Source: Octopus bimaculoides (Eukaryota). Taken from it: a stretch of DNA of 64,000 nucleotides. The stretch's first letter is position 1; every line of letters starts with the position of its first letter. The notes beneath the pieces are model-generated. The model was not told the origin of the DNA. It worked only from the letters and a program-made list of their open reading frames with translations, and did not search any database. Location of the stretch: positions 17,924,175 to 17,988,174 of the forward strand of contig NC_068990.1 of NCBI RefSeq assembly GCF_001194135.2. The letters are read 5' to 3'. Of the stretch, positions 11,596-24,660 are shown piece by piece. Made by a program: the position numbers and the translations under genes.

Positions 11596-12952
11596 TGTAT
11601 ATATATTCTCCAAGCACATTTGTCACTGCTATTTCTCACAAGACTCCTTCCTTTATCACATATTGTTGACATTCATTACTCATCACTCACTCATTCAATT
11701 GTAGCACTCTTTCTTGCACCCTATCTCTTCATTAACACTCCTTTTCTATCACTTTCCCTCTTCACTATCACTCCCTCTTCTATCACCCTGTACCCTAATA
11801 TCACTCAGTCTTGTATCACCCTCTCTCCTCACTATTATTCCCTCTTCTAATCATGTTTTCTATGTAATCTCTATATTATCAAACATCTCTCTCTCTCTGC
11901 TTCTATCACTGATTTACTTCAATTATTCTCTCCTGTTTCCCATTTGTTCTGGTTACACTTTCATAATCACTTTCTCTTCTACCCACCATGAATAAATAAT
12001 GCTGCGATACTGCTAAATGCATGAACAAAACTATGAAAAAAAAAAAAAAAGAAAGATAACATATGGTAGAGAGGGCAGTTTAATCTTTCCAAGAAAAAAT
12101 GCTTCTCTAGTGCTTATACTGTGATAAAATTCCCCTGATGAACACAGTAAGGTGGATGGAAAATGAGCAGAAGCAACACAGGGTAGAGAAAACTTTTTAG
12201 TCTTGCTGGGACAAGGTAACTACTTGGGTGCTGGTGTCATGATAAAATGCATCTAGTTCATTTGGTGAAATGGTTAGTGATAAAAAGGGCATTCAACCAT
12301 AAAAGAATATGAAAATAAACATGAGGTGTGGTCTTCAACCCATCTAGAAGGGAAGTTAACCTGAATAAGAACTGTCTGGGGCCATGATGACTCATTCAAT
12401 CCATGTCAGCAAAGAAAAGCTGGCATAAAATGATAGTGATGTTGATGAACTTAAATTCTTTTTAAAATGTATAAAACCAACTAAACATCTATTACCAGAT
12501 TTTGTGATAGCTGAACACACACACACACACACACAATCACTCTCACCCACACATTATATTAAGATTGTTAATCTTAAAGCTAGCCTGATGTTACTATGTA
12601 TTATCTTCAGAGGTCATATATATAACATTGTGGTAATGCATGTGACTTCTGGAGATAATATGATAACACAGAAACAGCTGTAAGGTCAACTACTTTAATT
12701 AAGCTGTAAGGTCAAGTACCTTAATAAATGAATTTATGCTCCACATTTAAAATTTATTAAGTCTTTCATAGAACTGTAGTCTTAATTAATTGAATGGGAA
12801 CATATTACATCATTTGACTAAAAATTCTTCAAAGTGGTGCCCCAGCATGGCCACAGTCTAATGACTGAAACAAGTAAAGGATCAGGACATATGACAGATA
12901 ACTTTGGAAGTATACTTTTGCAACTATGAATAATTTGATAAAATATATATTA

Positions 12953-14170
12953 TATCAGGTCATCCCATAAGTTCTGCCCGACTTTACCTTTTTTAAAATT
13001 GAATGAAATTTAATAGTATTTTAGAATGTCTAATGGAATTTAAAATTATTTTTATGCATTTGTGCACGTTTAAACTGATTAAATATTATTTTACAGAATA
13101 ATAGGATTAAAATTTCTTTGATTAAAACCCTTTCTAACATGGAAGTATCCAAAAAGCATTTGAGGCACATAATGCTTTATGAGTACAAAAAGGAAACTCT
13201 GCAGTCGAAGCGACTCGAAACATACACTAAGTTTATGGGAAAGAATGCTTGAATGAAAGAACTTGCAGAAGATGGTTTGCAAAATTCAGAAGTGAAGATT
13301 TCAGCCTTGAAGATGAAGNNNNNNNNNNNNNNNNNNNNNNNNNNNNNNNNNNNNNNNNNNNNNNNNNNAGTTCAAACCATACAACTGTTCATCGTCATCT
13401 TCAACAACTTGGAAAGGTTCCTAAACTTGGAAAATGGGTGCCTCGTGAATTGTCCAAAAGCAACCACAAATCCCGAGTTGATATCTGCTCTTCTCTCCAT
13501 TCTTGCGAACTCATTTCACCTTTTTTGGATAGACTTGTGACTGGTGACGAAAAATGGATCTTCTATAGAAATGTTAAACGTCGTAAACAGTGGCTTAGTA
13601 AAAGGGAAAAAACTCAACCACAACCGAGAAAGGAACTTCATGGGAAAAAGGTTCTTCTCTCTATCTGGTGGGATTGCAAAGGAGTAATTCACTTTGAATT
13701 GTTACTACCTAATGCAACAACCAATACTGTCAGCAATTAGAGCATTTGAAACAAGCTTTGAAGAAAAAAAGACATGCTTTAGTGAATCAAAACGGAGTGA
13801 TGTTTCATCAGGACAATGCGCAACCCCACACTGCAAAGATCAAAGTGCTTGGTTGGGAAAAAATTCTTCATCCACCTTATTCTCCCGACCTTGCTCCTTC
13901 AGACTACCATTTGTTTTGTAGTTTACAGAATCATTTGGGGGACATAACTTTCACAAGCCAGGAGGAGGTTGAAACTGACATTTCAGATGTCTTTGCTTTG
14001 AAACCAAAAGAGTTTTACATTGATGGGATTAAGAAGCTTGTAAAAAGATGGAAGGAAGTGATAGATAATCAGGGAAAGTACATTGATGATTAAATTTCAA
14101 TTAAATATAACATTTGATCACTTGTTTTCTTTATTCAAAATTCAGACAGAACTTATGGGATGACCTGATA
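12953..14170 (+). mobile_element. Full-length but inactivated mariner (DD34D) transposon
   Basis: TIRs tcaggtcatcccataagttctg at both ends with TA flanks. Transposase contains WVPREL, VTGDEKW, HQDNA and HPPYSPDLAPSDYHLF, with frameshifts and a 50-N gap. Confidence 0.92.
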
Positions 14171-14247
14171 GTTATTGTATGCATACAGTATTTGCTGATA
14201 CTACCTACAGTGGCAAAAAAAAAAGTATTAATATTACTGTAGCAATT

Positions 14248-14900
14248 CAGGTGGCAAACTGGCAGAAACATTAGCATGCTGGGCAAAATGTGGCATTTTC
14301 TTTTCTACTCTAGGCACAAGGCCTGAAATTTTTGGGGAGGAGACCAGTCAATTAGATCGACCCCAGTACACAACTGGTACTTAATTCATCGACCCCCGAA
14401 AGGATGAAAGACAAAGTCAACCTTGGGGGAATTTGAACTCAGAACATAAAGACAGACAAAATACTGCTAAGCATTCCACCTGGTGTGCTAATGATTCTGC
14501 CAGCTTACTGTCTTAATGTGGCATTTTGTCTGTCTTTACGTTCTGAGTTCAAATTCTGCTGAGGTCAGTTTTGTTTTTCATCCGTTTGGGGTCAATGAAA
14601 TAAGTACCAGCTGAGCATTGGGGATTGATGTAATCAATTTACCCCCCCCCCCTCTGGCCACGCCGAAATTGCTGGCCTTGTGCCAAAAACTTGAAACAAA
14701 TATTACTGTAGCAATTAAGAGGCCGAGCTGGCAGAATCTTTTGCACACCAGGCAAAATGCTTTGTGACATTTCATCTGTCTTTACATTCTGAGTTCAAAG
14801 CCTGTCAAGGTTAACTTTTACCTTTCATCCTTTCAGGGTTGATAAAATAAGTACCATCATTTACCTCAAAACTTCTGGCCTAGTGCCAAAATTTGAAACC
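14248..14900. mobile_element. Stack of three family B SINE copies (one nested, one tandem)
   Basis: The reverse copy at 14300-14514 is flanked by aatgtggcatttt (14287-14299 and 14515-14527) inside a forward copy. aatattactgtagcaa recurs at 14230, 14699 and 14901. Confidence 0.8.
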
Positions 14901-15899
14901 AATATTACTGTAGCAACTGGAAAAGCTCATTATAGATTCTTAACTAAGAGAATACATTAATGCAAAAAAATAAAAAATAAAAGAAAGAAATCAAATTTAC
15001 TCTGCTAACAAACAGCTTACATGAAAAACATCTGAAGAAAATAATCATTATAATAAATATTAATTATTGCAGGGCCTTCTTCAGCAACATCCAACTATTC
15101 TGTCACTTCTGCCTCCTCTTCCCCAATCTCTCAGTCTCTATGATTCTTNNNNNNNNNNNNNNNNNNNNNNNNNNNNNNNNNNNNNNNNNNNNNNNNNNNN
15201 NNNNNNNNNNNNNNNNNNNNNNNNNNNNNNNNNNNNNNNNNNNNNNNNNNNNNNNNNNNNNNNNNNNNNNNNNNNNNNNNNNNNNNNNNNNNNNNNNNNN
15301 NNNNNNNNNNNNNNNNNNNNNNNNNNNNNNNNNNNNNNNNNNNNNNNNNNNNNNNNNNNNNNNNNNNNNNNNNNNNNNNNNNNNNNNNNNNNNNNTCTCC
15401 CAAAATTTTGGGCCTTGTGCCTAGAGTACAAAAGATTACATTTTGAATTCAAATTCTGCCAGTTGACTTTACCTTTCATCCTTTCGGGTTTGATTAAATA
15501 AGTACCAGTTATGCACTGGGGTTGATGTAATCAACTTAATCCTTTTGTCTGTACTTTTTTGTCTCCTCTATGTTTAGCCCCCTGTGGACAATAAAGAAAT
15601 GAACATTCATATAGGTTAATGTGTGTGTGTGTGTGTATGTATGTGCAGGCATGTGTGTGTTGGACATTATTATCTTCTTACTGAACACTTATACATCGTC
15701 TTTGACAGGTGATTCCATCATCATATATATGTATATACTGTCTTTAAGATAGCATATTTTACATTGATCTGATCTCATCGTATCATATATTCCTATAGTG
15801 CATATGCATAGATATACATGTGACATGCATGTAGGAAGAGCACTGGTAAGATATGCAACATGAAGGAAGATCGAATGTCAATAGCAGAAAGCATAGAAT

Positions 15900-16035
15900 A
15901 GAATTATAAGATGAAATGCAGCCAGATCAGACTGGAGCCTGGTGCAGCCTCTTGGCTTCCCAGACCTCAGTCGAACCGTCCAACCCATGCCAGCATGGAA
16001 AACGGACGTTAAACAATGATGATGATGATGATGAA
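15900..16035 (+). mobile_element. RTE-type LINE 3' tail copy
   Basis: gccagatcagactggagcctggtgcagcc...ccaacccatgccagcatggaaaacggacgttaaac(gat)n. Confidence 0.7.
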
Positions 16036-16434
16036 TGTACATTTATAATGCAATGAAAGATTACTTAATACTGCCAATAAATTTTAATACACACACACAC
16101 ACATACACAAATGTAGACACAAACGCATACACATTTTGAAACATTTTGAATACAGTTAGTATTCATTACTAACACATCATCATAAATACCATTATCTTTG
16201 TGTTTGTGTAGTGAAAATTTGAGCCCATCATTCACATTACTGTCACTCTTTTAATGCAAACTGAATGAAAAATGTGAATTGTTTCTTTATATATAATATA
16301 CAATTATGTAATCAAATATTTTTGCATACAAAATGAAAGCAAAGGGAAACAAGCTGTTATGTAGATATTTAATAACAATGTGATCTTACGTTGAAAAGAA
16401 AAATAGTAAAAGTATATTTACCATTGCTGAAGCA

Positions 16435-17180
16435 ATATGTATACCTACAAAAGTGTGCCCCCAACCCAACTTTATTTCTGCATAACTTGCAGAAAATTGG
16501 ACATCTTTTAATGAAATTTTCTCAAAATATGTTTCAGATGGTGTAGAGTCCAATTCGATCAGAATTTGCTGTGAAAATTAAAAATTTTTTTTGGAGGGAG
16601 TGGGGTGAAAAGTTTCAGAAAATTCATGTGAGTAGGATTTGTTTCCTCATAACTTTCAGAAAAATGGGTATTTTTAAATGAAATTATATATAAATACCTT
16701 TCAGAGTGTGTAAATTATGATTATATTGGAATTTTATGTGAAGAAAAAAATGGTAGGCTCATATACATACATACACACTGACATACATGATAATTTTTTT
16801 CAAATTTTCAAGCTTCATTTTGTAATTATAAGTGGTATGTGTCAGTATGTATGTGTGCAAGCCCACCAATTTTTTTATATATTAAATTTCAATATAGTAG
16901 TAATCTACAAACTCTGAAAGGTATTTGTAGAAAATTTCATTAAAGAATACACATTTTACTGAAAGTTATGAAGAAACAAAGTCAACTTGTATGAATTTCC
17001 TGAAACTCCTCTCCCCACCCATGGAAACATTTTTTCACACATTCTGATATAATCAGAATCTATACCCTCTGAAGTGCATTTGTAGAAAATTTCATTACAA
17101 AATAACTATTTTTCTGGAGGTTATGAGGAAACAAAATGTGTGTAGGGTTGGGGGTGGAGTGAGGCACACATATGTACATA
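16435..17180. repeat. Degenerate foldback (long inverted repeat with internally repeated arms)
   Basis: The left arm motifs tttgtttcctcataactttcagaaaa and aaatacctttcagagtgtg are mirrored by ctctgaaaggtattt and aaagttatgaagaaacaaa in the right arm. Each arm has two related units. Confidence 0.65.
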
Positions 17181-17759
17181 TGCCAAGCAACGAAGTATTA
17201 ATTCTTAGTAGAGCGCTGACAAAGCATGCAACAGTTGAAAATGTAAAATTTAAAGCAGAGAGCTACAAGATGAAATCTAGTAAAGCAGTTGTTAACAGAA
17301 TGTGCATTTAATATTAAAAAAAAAAAACAATTATAAATAAATGAAGAATATTAACTGAAAAAATGAAAATGAAACAAAAGTTTCAATAGAAGTCATAGAG
17401 ATATTTCAGAATACAATGTTTGCCAAGTTGAAATTCAAATGACTGATTACTTGTGTTTGTGCATGCACATAAAATCTAGTCTGGTCATGAATGCTTCATT
17501 CTGGCTGGGGCCAGGTAACTGTATATCATTGCACATGTGTTACCGGAAGTCCATAATGAACATGTATTTTTAAGAATTATATTGAATATATATGTATATA
17601 CTCATCTAAAGTTCATTTATAAAAATACAAACTGTAGACTAAGACTCTACAACAAATTATAAACATAAATTGTAGATTTACTTTTTAAAAAAATTAATTG
17701 AAGTAAAGTTTTATCATCACACCATTTCACTTTGAAGGTGATATATATATATTTTCCTA

Positions 17760-17990
17760 TCCTCATCATGATCATCATCATCATTTAATGTCTGTTTTCC
17801 ATGCTGGCATTGGTTGGATAGTTTGACAGGAGGTGGCAAGCCGGAGAGCTGTCTTAGGCTCCAAATGTCTGTTCGGGCATGGTTTCTATGGCTAAATGCC
17901 CTTCCTAATGCCAGCTACTTTACAGAGTGGACTGGGTGCTTTCCACATGGCTCCAGCACCAGTGATTTTTACATGGCACCAACATGGGTG
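17760..17990 (-). mobile_element. RTE-type LINE 3' tail copy
   Basis: (cat)n then ttaatgtctgttttccatgctggcattggttgga..atgcccttcctaatgcc. Confidence 0.65.
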
Positions 17991-18127
17991 CTTTTTACTT
18001 CTCCCTGACTAATTTTTGTTGGCTACATGAATTTTTATATGTTCTTTTGAATTGTGAACATGAAAGCTGTTGGAAAACACTTGTTCTTCAGGTAAAATTT
18101 TATCTTCAAAGTGAGACAGTTGTAATA

Positions 18128-18355
18128 TTGGGTTGTCCAGAAAGTTCATGCCGATTTTTAAGGGAAAGAAAAAGGTCAATAAATACTTGCCATTACATTT
18201 TTAATCAACCAAATATGAACCATTTTGTTGCACAATGCATCTCCATCTTTCCTTTAACTTGAAAATACCCTCTTCCCAGAATTGAGGTGGTTTCATGGCA
18301 AATAAGTTGAAAGGTAAGCTACTATAAATTGGCACGAACTTTCCGGACAACCCAA
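18128..18355. mobile_element. 228-bp mariner-derived MITE
   Basis: TIRs ttgggttgtccagaaagttcatgcc and ggcacgaactttccggacaacccaa, TA on both sides. Confidence 0.85.
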
Positions 18356-18724
18356 TAGTTAAAATTAACCTGAACTGAAACAAAGGCTGCTTATTTGAGG
18401 AGAAATATGTTTGTATTTCAGATTAATAATCAAACCAGGTGTCAAGAATATACTGTATGCAAATTCTTCTAATCAAATCTTTTTAATTAGTATTACGAAC
18501 TCAGTAGAACAGTGTGAAAGCAAAGTGCCTTGTTCTACATGCCTTCTTCCCAGACTGGGAATCGAATCCATGATTTTGTGATCAAGAGCCCAGTTGTCTA
18601 ACTATTAGGCCACATTCTTCTTTTGATCTTAAATATACTAAATCTATGAAATGAAATGACTTGATCATGGGTGGATTGCCCTTCTGTTACATCATGGTTG
18701 ACTTGAAACTAAATAAACAATAAC

Positions 18725-18785
18725 AACTACACCAACACCACCATCCCTACTACTACTACTACTGCTGCTGCTGCTACTACTACTA

Positions 18786-18820
<35 letters not shown>

Positions 18821-18855
18821 AGTGCTTCTGTTACCACCACCACCACCACCACTAT

Positions 18856-18915
<60 letters not shown>

Positions 18916-18936
18916 CACTACCACTACTACTACTAC
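18725..18936. repeat. Compound trinucleotide microsatellite (TAC/TGC/CAC)n
   Basis: Directly visible. Confidence 0.95.
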
Positions 18937-20046
18937 TTTAGTCTGAGCAAAGACTTAAGTTGTGGCAACAATCAATGATAGAATATATCAATTGTGGTGC
19001 TCCAGCATTGCTACAGCTTATGGGCTTTAAACTAGAAAAACGATAAAGAATGGGTGCCAGGCACCCAAAATAGAAAAATAAAAATAAAAAATGAAAAAAA
19101 CAAAAATAACAAAGAAGCAAGCGAATAAGGAGAGATCAAATTAAACTTACGTATGAATCATTATCTAAATTCTGGGTTCTGTCCCTCAGTAGGGGTGACT
19201 CAGTTTGAAATTTAGTGTCAGACACAAGATCTGGATGGCTTGCAATGCTTTGGGGTTCATTTATCAGGCTCTCAGATTTTTTTATGCGGGCTCTCATTTA
19301 AAATTTTGATGTTAAATTTGGCAGCCTTTATATTAAAGAAAATATAAATTACTGAAATAAGAGAGATGTATGCATGAATATATGTATGTGTGTGTGTTTG
19401 GAAAATGTGATTAAAATTTAAAGGATCATATGCTTTTATGTGAGGGTTTTAACCTTTTAACCCTGCTTGAAGGATACTATTGTTCAATATTATTTCTTGG
19501 GGTAATCTTATATTTCCATCTGTCTGTCGGCCATATGTCTTTTTATATATATTATCATACACTTTTTAAGCTTCTTATTTTTATATTTACTTTAATTACT
19601 TTTTACTTCCTCTTTTTAATCTCTTCCTGTTTTTTGTTAACATTAAGGATAGTCACAGTAAGGCTTTAAGTGTTTCCTTAAAATACTTTTTTTGTCCACC
19701 TTGTATGCACTTGTATTCTGCCAGTTTGCTGTAAAACAGTCTATAACTAGTGAAATATTTGATGATCCAGTGTACNNNNNNNNNNNNNNNNNNNNNNNNN
19801 NNNNNNNNNNNNNNNNNNNNNNNNNNNNNNNNNNNNNNNNNNNNNNNNNNNNNNNNNNNNNNNNNNNNNNNNNNNNNNNNNNNNNNNNNNNNNNNNNNNN
19901 NNNNNNNNNNNNNNNNNNNNNNNNNNNNNNNNNNNNNNNNNNNNNNNNNNNNNNNNNNNNNNNNNNNNNNNNNNNNNNNNNNNNNNNNNNNNNNNNNNNN
20001 NNNNNNNNNNNNNNNNNNNNNNNNNNNNNNNNNNNNNNNNNNNNNN

Positions 20047-20080
<34 letters not shown>

Positions 20081-20084
<4 letters not shown>

Positions 20085-21266
20085 GTCATCCCATAAATAA
20101 TGTTTTTTTTTCAATTGCATGAACTAAAAGTCAGAGGGGGATGAGATAAACTATCTGCATCAACTTGCTATAAAATCAGGTAGTAATTTTACCTTGTCCT
20201 TATTCTTAGTGCAAGTTTTGAAGAGTGCAGTTCAATTTTAACAGTTATTTTTTCAAACCTATAATGGAAGTGACAAAGGAGCATATTTGGTATGTTTTGC
20301 TTTATGAGTTCAATAATGGCAACAAGGCAATGGAAACTGTGAGGAATATTAATGCAGAAATTCTGAGCTGGAAACCATTGCCTAGAAGACAAGTCTGGAA
20401 GATCTGTAGAGCTCTACAAGGATGTCCTGCAAACCCTGGTGGAACAAAATCTCATTGTAACTGTTGAGGAACTAGCAGAGAAGCTTGGATTTGGTCATTC
20501 AACCATTCATCGATACCTGCATGCCATTGGAAAAGTCAGCAAATTGGGTCAGTGTGTTCCTCACAAACTTTTCGAGTCTAATCACACTCAGAGAGTGAAT
20601 GTGTGCTCTTCTTTGCTGTTACATTTCCCGAATGAACCTTTTTTAGATTGAATAGTGACTGGTGAGAAGAAATACGTTCTCTATAAAAATTTCAAGCACT
20701 GAAGACAGTGGGTACGGAAAGGAGAAACACCGGTACCCAGGCTAAAGAAGGTCTTCATCCACGTAAGGTGTTGTTATCTGTTTGATGAGACATGAAAGGT
20801 TTAGTCCACTTTGAACTGTTAAACCCAAACCAAATAATAACAAAGGAGATCTACTACAAGCAGCTTGAGCGGCTTAAGTCAGTGTTAGAAGAAAAACGAC
20901 CATCTTTGGTTTCAAGATGAAAGGTGTTTTTCTCAACATACAGCGAGGATGACATTCCAAAGGCTGGAGCAGTTGGAATGGGAAACGATGCCCCATCTGA
21001 TTATCATTTATTCCATAGTCTTCAAAATCATTTGAACAGAAAAAATATAAATTCTGTAGACAAGGTCAGAGCAGTGCTAGAGTAGTGGTTTTCATCACAG
21101 ACAAGTGAATTTTGGAAGAGGAGCCTTGCAAGTCTACCAGATAGATGGAAGAGCATTGTAGAAAATGAAGGAGAGTATATTTTAGATTAAAAAAGGACTT
21201 TGTTTATCTTAATTTTGAAAAATAAAGGAAGTATGAAAAAACTGTATTATTTATGGGATGATCCAA
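20081..21266 (+). mobile_element. Degenerate mariner transposon, related to 12953-14170
   Basis: TIRs ttgggtcatcccataaataa and ttatttatgggatgatccaa with TA flanks. Fragments MEVTKEHIWYVLLYEF, LGQCVPHKL, MKGLVHFELL, DYHLFHSLQNHL, with many stops. Confidence 0.88.
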
Positions 21267-22689
21267 TATATACACTTATATGTGNNNNNNNNNNAAATAT
21301 AAATTCTGTAGACAAGGTCAGAGCAGTGCTAGAGTAGTGGTTTTCATCACAGACAAGTGAATTTTGGAAGAGGAGCCTTGCAAGTCTACCAGATAGATGG
21401 AAGAGCATTGTAGAAAATGAAGGAGAGTATATTTTAGATTAAAAAAGGACTTTGTTTATCTTAATTTTGAAAAATAAAGGAAGTATGAAAAAACTGTATT
21501 ATTTATGGGATGATCCAATATATACACTTATATGTGTGTGCATGCACACGTGTGCATGTTTGTATATATGTGTGTGTATGTATGGGGCAATGCCTTTTCC
21601 ATTTTGTCTGCTGGAGCCACAAGAAATGTTTCTGTTTTGTTAGAGGCAAGATTTTTCAAAATTAATTCAGATAAAGGGATTTGATCATGTAGATACAATC
21701 GAAGTTTGATGAGAAATTTGCATAGTCCATCAACCAGCTAGACATAGCTAGCAAATATCCCTCTTGTTATTCCCTACCAGACATTGGGCAAACTACTCTT
21801 ACTAAGTGAGTGAGTACGCTTCTTGGTTTTAATGACCTTAAGGACATATTTTGGCTACAGCTTGTCCATGTTTCTTGCACTTCCTCATAGCAGCTTATAG
21901 TTATAAACTAATTAAAATAACTGTTTAAAATAAGGGAGTCATTTGATCTCTTTGCTTCTCACATGCCCCTATACTTCTAATTTCTCTATAAATTTGAATG
22001 CTCTTTTTTTAAAATACTAATTATCCAGTATGTTGTTTGATATGTCATCATCAAGGTTTTACCTCACCTGTTTATACCTGTTTAAAATATTATCTGAAGA
22101 TTGTGGATTTATGCTATGATGTAATCTATGAATACATCATCAATAAAGTTCTATCAAAAGAGCTGTAGAAGAATTTTAAATCTCATTTGTGTTCTTTTTT
22201 TTATATGTATGTGAATATAGATGTCTAATCTAGGAGTGGTTGGCACTAGGGCAGGTCCTCTGCATGTTATCCTTCTCCAGCACTCTCTAAACAACCTGGA
22301 GGGTACATACCCTCCTCTGCCATCATTAAGTGGACTATTGGAAACTATGGGAACTAGAGCTATCAATGATTAGACTTGGGATGTATACTGGAGTGGTTTT
22401 TTGTTGCCTTCTCCAAGCAGGTGGGATTTGAACTCAGAATGTAGAGAGCCAGAAGATATAATGTAAAGCAGCTCTGCTGATGGAGCAACAATTCTGGCAT
22501 TCTCCCTTCCACTAGAGTAACACGAAAGGAAGTGTTTTGCTCAAAGGCACAACATAACACCCAGTCCAGAAATGTTCCAGGCTTAAAAAAAAAAAAGTAC
22601 TGGGGTCAAATTATTTGACTAAATCCCTCTGAGGCATTTTGCCAGCATGACTGGAATCCAATGACTGAGAAAAGTAAAATATAAAGATA

Positions 22690-23570
22690 TCATCATCATC
22701 CTCCTCCTCCTCATCATTTAACATCTGTTGTCCATGCTGGCATGGAGTGGATGGTTCGATCAGGACTGGTAAGCTGAGAGGCTGCACCAGACTCCAGTCT
22801 GATTTGGCATGGTTTCTATGGCTAGATGCCTTCCTAATGCCAACCACTCTGAAAGTGTAATTAGTGATTTTGTATGCCAGTGGCACAGGAGCCAGTTGCA
22901 TGACACCAGTATCTGCCATAACAAAATTTCATTTGGTTTGATGGGTCTTCTCAAGCATGGCATAATGCCAAATAGTCTGACATTTTTCATTGCCTCTGTG
23001 AGGCCCAACGTTCGAAGATCATGCTTCACCACCTCATCCCATGTCTTCCTGGGTCTACCTCTACCACATGTTCCTGCCACAGTTAGAGATTGGCACTTCT
23101 TTACACAGCTGTGTCTGTCCATATGCATCACATAACCATACCAGCACAGTTGTTCCTCTTGCACACCACATCTGATGCCTCTGATGCCCAACATTTCCCT
23201 CAAGATGCTTACACTCTGTCATACATCCACACTGACATTGTACATCCAGCGAAGCATATTAGCTTCATTTCTTTCTAGCTTACACATGTCCTTGGCTATC
23301 ACAGCCCATGTTTCACTGCCATGTAGCATAGCTGTTCACAACCAAGCATCATATAGTCTACTTTCCACGCTGAGGGAGAGGCCCATTGTTGCCAGGAGAG
23401 GTAGGAGCTCACTGAACTTTGCCCAGCCTATTCTTATTCTTGCAGCTACGCTCTCAGAGCATTATTCTGCTAATAACTTGGTTACCAAGATAACAGAAGC
23501 TATCTACCTGCTTATTTCTACTACCTTCTCCTTATTTCTTTCCTTTACCCCTTCTCTTTCTATAGGCTAC
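22690..23570 (-). mobile_element. 5'-truncated RTE-clade LINE (RT C-terminus, 3' UTR, (GAT)n tail)
   Basis: Minus-strand translation includes RIGWAKFSELLPLL, MLHGSETW and WYGYVMHMD..CVKKC..GTCGRGRPRKTWDEVVKHDLRTLGL. Confidence 0.85.
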
Positions 23571-23960
23571 CTTTGATGTTGTGTCTTCTAACAGTTTAAA
23601 AAAAAAACTTAATAGCGTTCCATTCATCATTATACACAGCCATCACATTCTGTTAACCTATCCTATTGATGAGTTTGGTTTCTTTCTTTCTTTCCCTGAT
23701 GAGAAGATTACATTGTTTTACACCATTTTATTCTTTTTGGAATAATACCAATGTTGTCTTCGAAACATATGTTGGAAGTAAAAGAATTTGAATAACACCT
23801 GCGTTTAACTCCATTTATTTATTTATATATATAATACAAAATATTTCACATCAACCCGGAGTTTCTACCTTTATAAACAGGGCTGCCCTGGTAACTGTTT
23901 ATTTATTTTTTCCATGTTAATTGTAAACAAGGGAAACATACACACATCCATTTACATATA

Positions 23961-24036
<76 letters not shown>

Positions 24037-24099
24037 CATACATACACATATACATGACAATTATAGTTTTCCCTTTTGGTAAAACATTGCAAACTGCAA

Positions 24100-24660
24100 T
24101 CATCATCATCATCATCATTGTCGTTTAATGTCCGCTTTCCATGCTGGCATGAGTTGGATGGCTTGACTGAGGACTGGCGAGCCAGATAGCTGCACCAGGC
24201 TCCAATCTGATCCGGCAAAGTTTCTACACCTGAATGCCCTTCCTAACGCCAACCACTCTGAGAGTGTAGTGGGTGCTTTTACGTGCCACCGGCATGAGGG
24301 CAGTCAGGCGGTTCTGGCAATGACCATGCTCAAAAGGTGTTTTTTATGTGATACCTGCATGGGAGCCAGTCCGGAGGCACTAGCAACGACCACGCTTGAA
24401 TGTTGTTTTTCACATGTCACCAGCACATGTGTTGGTAAGGCGATGCTAGCAATGATCACGTTTGAATGGTGCTTTTTATGCACCACTGGCAGGGGAGCCA
24501 ATCAGCGGCCCTGGCAACGATCACGCATCAGCGGTCCTGGCAATGATCACGCATCAGCAGCCCTGGCAACTATCACGCATCAGCAGCCCTGGCAACTATC
24601 ACGCATCAGTGACCCTGGCAACGATCATGCATCAGCGGCCCTGGCAATGATCACGCTGTC
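24100..24660 (-). mobile_element. RTE 3' tail copy with expanded internal minisatellite
   Basis: (cat)n plus the family tail, four ~64-bp units from ~24272, then six 26-bp units tcagcggccctggcaacgatcacgca (24502-24656). Confidence 0.75.

Noticed and set aside
21043-21536. Exact 242-bp direct duplication (21043-21284 and 21295-21536)
   Set aside because: The identical copies are separated by a 10-N gap, most likely an unmerged contig overlap (assembly artefact).
24502-24656. Regular 26-bp repeats resembling a CRISPR array
   Set aside because: The units are directly adjacent with no unique spacers, they derive from a LINE 3' UTR unit, and the context is eukaryotic with no cas genes.
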